Origin: an uncultured virus (IMG/VR IMGVR_UViG_3300042545_001275)
Taxonomy: Duplodnaviria; Heunggongvirae; Uroviricota; Caudoviricetes
DNA: 20,000 bases
Direction: 5' to 3' (one strand)
Virus record (IMG/VR): IMGVR_UViG_3300042545_001275
Location: 52,099 to 72,098 of that record
The translations under genes and the position numbers were made by a program. Below the pieces are notes generated by a model. The model made no database searches. It saw nothing but the letters and a program-made list of their open reading frames with translations, and had not been told where the DNA came from. This document shows positions 16,420 through 20,000 of this stretch, piece by piece. Every line of letters begins with the position of its first letter. Position 1 is the stretch's first letter.

Positions 16420-18255
16420 ATGAATTTGTTTAATTTTGAATATTTTACAGAAAGAGCTGAAATATTGACTGAAATGGCGAGACCGTTTGTATTGTTTGGT
16501 GCTGGAACACCAGCCAATGTGAAATATAAAGAATTAATGAACCAATTAGTTCAAGAATATCCAGGAAAACCTCCCACATCATATAGAATAATATTAGATA
16601 AATATTTTCTAGACAAATTTAATAAAAAGTTTGAAATTTATAAATTTTCAAAACAAGATTTATCAGATTATATAGAATCTAATTTAAGAAAAATAGCTTC
16701 TATAATGTTTGATGATGAAAATGCTTTAGATTTGACCGATGAAGATATGAAAAACTTTGAATTAAATTCAGATTCATCATTGCTAGGCGATATTTTATAT
16801 CATTTTGAAAAGAAATTGAATAAAAGTGGTTATAAAGCATTTAATAAGAATTTTTCAACTATGATTAAAAACAACAATAAGTTGAAAATGTCTTTACAAA
16901 TAATCAAATCATTGATTACAGAAGATAAAAATGAATATGTTCTAAGTGGAAATGAAATTGTCAGGTATGAATCTGACGGTTTGAGTGATGCATCTGCATC
17001 TAGATCTACTTTAGAAAAAGTTTCAAGTGAAAATAAAGAACAATTTAATAATTCCGATTTTATAAATTCACTAAATTCAGAAGAGGCAATTTCTTATGCT
17101 GAAACCGCTTCAGAAAGATCAATAAGATCCAAGGGAATGGAAAAAGCCAGAGTGGAGACCACTGGTATAAAATTTAAAGATTTTTCTCAACTTGAAAATT
17201 ATTTGAAACCCACTTTAAAACAATTGAATCGTGATATGCACACACGAAACATAAGCATTGGAAGAGGTGGAAAAGGAGGAACAAGATCAGAATCAGAAAC
17301 ATTTGATTCACAAGAATCTGATATTGGATTACCATTTTCTACTTTATATATAGATAACATTTTAGATATTTTATCTACATTGATATCAGAAAGAAAAAAA
17401 TTACCAACAGAAACATCTAATGATATATGGGGTAAAAGAGATCAACAACTTGGACCATCTAATATTTCAATAAATCCGCGATATTTAAATTATGAAATTT
17501 CTATTCCATCACAATTATTAAAATCATTCTCTCCTAAAGAAATAGAAGATGTATATACAGCATTTGAAAACATATATGATAAATTTGAAAATGATCAATT
17601 GGAATATACAGAAGCTGATTTATCCAAATTAATAGATAGAGTTAAAGATAAAAATCCTAAATTATCAAATCTTTTAGAATTTTTCAAAACATCATTATCT
17701 GGAGTTGAAAAACAAAAAGATGAAATTCAACAAGATCAATCTTTCATAGGATATGATGATGATTTAGTTAGAAAATATTTTCCAGATACTAACAGTGAAG
17801 AATTTAAAAATTTCACAGACTGGTATACAGCTAAAACAAAGTATGAAGAAAAATTAAAGAATGATCTTTTGGAAAGAATAATTAATTATCTTGCTAGTAT
17901 GAAGGAAAGAGAAGTTCCAGAACCTGACAAGAATGAATTTGAAGGAGTTAATTCTGATTTAATGAAAAAATTACAAACTTATGAAAATAAAATCAGAAGT
18001 TTAGAAAAAGCATACAAATATAGACCAACCGATCAATTAAAATCCGAAATAGATAATTTAAAAGAGATTATAGATTCAATTAAATCCAAGTACAACACGG
18101 AAGAACCACAACAAGATGAAGAAGAATTAGTTGTTATGGATTATATGACAGAACAAGTTAAAAAAGATAAATTATTAAATTCAAAAGGGCAATTTGTTGA
18201 AAAAATGAACAAAAAACCATTAAACTATTGGCATTGGAGCCAAATAAATGGATAA
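16420..18255 (+). CDS. Large charged helical late protein of unknown function, possible internal head protein
   Basis: Start reassigned to ATG 16420 (MNLFNFEYFTERAEILTEMARP). Late motif upstream, ILTE-MA resembles a T4 gp21-type cleavage site, coiled-coil C-terminus. Confidence 0.75.
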   Translation: MNLFNFEYFTERAEILTEMARPFVLFGAGTPANVKYKELMNQLVQEYPGKPPTSYRIILDKYFLDKFNKKFEIYKFSKQDLSDYIESNLRKIASIMFDDENALDLTDEDMKNFELNSDSSLLGDILYHFEKKLNKSGYKAFNKNFSTMIKNNNKLKMSLQIIKSLITEDKNEYVLSGNEIVRYESDGLSDASASRSTLEKVSSENKEQFNNSDFINSLNSEEAISYAETASERSIRSKGMEKARVETTGIKFKDFSQLENYLKPTLKQLNRDMHTRNISIGRGGKGGTRSESETFDSQESDIGLPFSTLYIDNILDILSTLISERKKLPTETSNDIWGKRDQQLGPSNISINPRYLNYEISIPSQLLKSFSPKEIEDVYTAFENIYDKFENDQLEYTEADLSKLIDRVKDKNPKLSNLLEFFKTSLSGVEKQKDEIQQDQSFIGYDDDLVRKYFPDTNSEEFKNFTDWYTAKTKYEEKLKNDLLERIINYLASMKEREVPEPDKNEFEGVNSDLMKKLQTYENKIRSLEKAYKYRPTDQLKSEIDNLKEIIDSIKSKYNTEEPQQDEEELVVMDYMTEQVKKDKLLNSKGQFVEKMNKKPLNYWHWSQING

Positions 18256-18258
18256 AAT

Positions 18259-18283
18259 AAAACCCCGCTTTCGCGGGGTTTTT
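18259..18283. terminator. Bidirectional rho-independent terminator
   Basis: AAAACCCCGC-TTTC-GCGGGGTTTTT hairpin between convergent stops at 18255 and 18288. Confidence 0.9.
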
Positions 18284-18287
18284 GTTA

Positions 18288-19415
18288 TTAATCTTCTAAT
18301 ATCTCATCTTCATCTTCTTCAATTTCTTCTAAAGGAGGTTCTCCAACTTTATTACCATATGACCATTCTTGTTTTAAACGAGATTCAAGTTCTGGAAGAA
18401 GTTTATCCCATACAGATTGATCCTTTCTCCATGATTTATAAAATCCCAACTTTTCACCATTCCAGTCTGTATATGTAGATCCATTGGAAACTACAACCCC
18501 CATTTCTTTCATGATATCAAGTAGACCATGATGTTTGTCCAAACCTGTGGCGAATGAAAGATACATCTCACCTTCAAGATATTGCTTGATAAAGCGATTT
18601 TTAACAGTAAGTGCTCTAATAATAACACCAGAGTAATTTTTCTGTCCAGCTGCTTTTGTATCCTCGATTGTTTTACCTCCATCATCTTTAACTGGCTTTC
18701 TAGCTAATTGAACCGTTACAGAAGGTAAATAAATTGCAGCTTTGCCACCAGTAATTTCTTTTTCAAGAGTTGGATACATTTGACCAGGATTATCATAAAC
18801 ATGATTTGTCATTAAAATAGGAGTCTTGGTCAGTGTTGACATGTTTGTACATGTTTTCAACAAACTCTTGATACTTTTAGCAAAAGTTCCCATATCAGAA
18901 GAAGTATTTTCTTTATCCATTCTACTGATTTCCAATTCACTTTGCAGGTTAGCCAAAGAATCAATTGCAATAATGAACTTACCTTCTAATCCTTTTTCTT
19001 TTACTGATTTTAAAAGTTTGTAAATTGAATTTCTTGTATTTTCAGCAGTTTGAACATTTACTTTTTTTACTTTAGTGGTATCAAGACCCATTTTAGATGC
19101 GGTTTCGTCATCAATAGCACCCTCTGTATCATAAATTACAACTTGCATTCCTTTTTTTTGAGCATTTGCTAAGATTTTAAGAATAAAACCTGTTTTAAAT
19201 GTCTGACTAGGACCTACAAATTGTGTTACTCGACCTCTTGGAACACCACCATACAATGAACCAGAGATCAGCCCATTCAGCACCATCGATCCAGTGTCAA
19301 TCCAATCATCAATTCCAGTTAACTTACTGTCACTTAGATATGATGAGTATGGTGTAATATCATCGATGCTGCTTAACACATCATCAATGTCTTTTTGACT
19401 GCTATCTTTAGCCAT
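18288..19415 (-). CDS. uvsX: RecA-like recombinase UvsX
   Basis: IDTGS..LN..ISG...GGVP.GR, Walker A GPSQTFKT (T4 UvsX-type FK), YDTE, IDSLANL, NHVY, GG and KNR. Confidence 0.95.
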   Translation of the reverse strand: MAKDSSQKDIDDVLSSIDDITPYSSYLSDSKLTGIDDWIDTGSMVLNGLISGSLYGGVPRGRVTQFVGPSQTFKTGFILKILANAQKKGMQVVIYDTEGAIDDETASKMGLDTTKVKKVNVQTAENTRNSIYKLLKSVKEKGLEGKFIIAIDSLANLQSELEISRMDKENTSSDMGTFAKSIKSLLKTCTNMSTLTKTPILMTNHVYDNPGQMYPTLEKEITGGKAAIYLPSVTVQLARKPVKDDGGKTIEDTKAAGQKNYSGVIIRALTVKNRFIKQYLEGEMYLSFATGLDKHHGLLDIMKEMGVVVSNGSTYTDWNGEKLGFYKSWRKDQSVWDKLLPELESRLKQEWSYGNKVGEPPLEEIEEDEDEILED

Positions 19416-19416
19416 A

Positions 19417-19761
19417 TTATAGATCGTTAATAGAAATTACCTTTGGATTATTCTGAGATACTGTGTCTTGAGGGGTATTAATCTTTTGATATTGAGAAAC
19501 GATGCGATCATCTAGTTCAACATCTGAAATAGCGACGTTCGATTTAGTATATGTCCAAATATTCTTGTCACGGCTTTCTTTACTGATAAATTCAAAAAAG
19601 AATAGAGGAAATGTTTGGACTTGAAGTTGACCAGATGGTTCTGGTTGAACATGAATAATAACAGGATTATTAATACTAACGGTAGCTGCATCTTCAGATG
19701 CCAAAATACCCATGATTGTTCTTCCGATTTGGTCTTGAATTACGATATGTTTTTCTTTCAT
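19417..19761 (-). CDS. Hypothetical protein, possible Sm/LSm-like fold
   Basis: VIQDQIGRTIMGIL..ED...VSINNP resembles the Sm1 motif; 1 nt upstream of uvsX. Confidence 0.7.
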   Translation of the reverse strand: MKEKHIVIQDQIGRTIMGILASEDAATVSINNPVIIHVQPEPSGQLQVQTFPLFFFEFISKESRDKNIWTYTKSNVAISDVELDDRIVSQYQKINTPQDTVSQNNPKVISINDL

Positions 19762-19768
19762 ATGATTT

Positions 19769-19796
19769 AATTTACCATATCTTATTCTGAAGTCAA
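19769..19796 (-). promoter_or_regulatory. Sigma70-type (early) promoter for the uvsX operon
   Basis: TTGACT-16 nt-TAAATT with TGn extension; the -10 ends 7 nt before ATG 19761. Confidence 0.65.
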
Positions 19797-20000
19797 CATC
19801 TTTCGATGTTCTTTTAAAATTTTATTAAATGCTTTTCCGACATTGTGTTTTTTAGAAGCTAATAATATAAAATGTTTCATTAAAGATTCGAACGTTTTTA
19901 TAATTAAGTTATGTTTTTGTGAAAATTCTTTAATTTTAGTATATTTTTTTCCAAAAATAATATCTTCAAATATTTCTAATGTATATTCCATATTTTCAGA
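19782..20000 (-). CDS. Hypothetical protein, possibly 5'-truncated by the window edge
   Basis: The frame stays open upstream of ATG 19991 to the window end. Confidence 0.55.
   Translation of the reverse strand, partial: SENMEYTLEIFEDIIFGKKYTKIKEFSQKHNLIIKTFESLMKHFILLASKKHNVGKAFNKILKEHRKMLTSE

Noticed and set aside
7529..19023. Small plus-strand ORFs opposite conserved genes (7529, 9612, 10784, 11234, 12359, 15056, 15863, 18248, 18826)
   Set aside because: They are antisense to well-supported genes, have no motifs and often use non-ATG starts.

Overview
AT-rich fragment of a T4-like (large myovirus) bacteriophage genome in the standard genetic code. The right two-thirds (about 8.4-20 kb, mostly minus strand) is a T4-type replication/recombination module: uvsX, a GT-A glycosyltransferase, gp41 helicase, a catalytically degenerate DHH protein, a probable gp59 loader, gp32 SSB, gp45 clamp and gp61 primase. 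One late-type plus-strand gene interrupts the module (16.4-18.3 kb) and another abuts its end (7.9-8.4 kb). The left third (1-6.8 kb, plus strand, TAAATA late-promoter motifs) is the most unusual part. Three mucin-like Thr/Pro-rich proteins have different N-terminal domains but share a ~75-aa C-terminal cassette ending CxxxC(N/D)KLGY-stop. They are interleaved with two paralogous Cys-rich proteins and followed directly by a glycosyltransferase carrying the DSH and GxF..F/WGGE..H.F motifs of polypeptide GalNAc/GlcNAc transferases. I infer a phage-encoded mucin-type protein O-glycosylation and virion-decoration system. All family calls come from motif recognition by eye; no searches were run.
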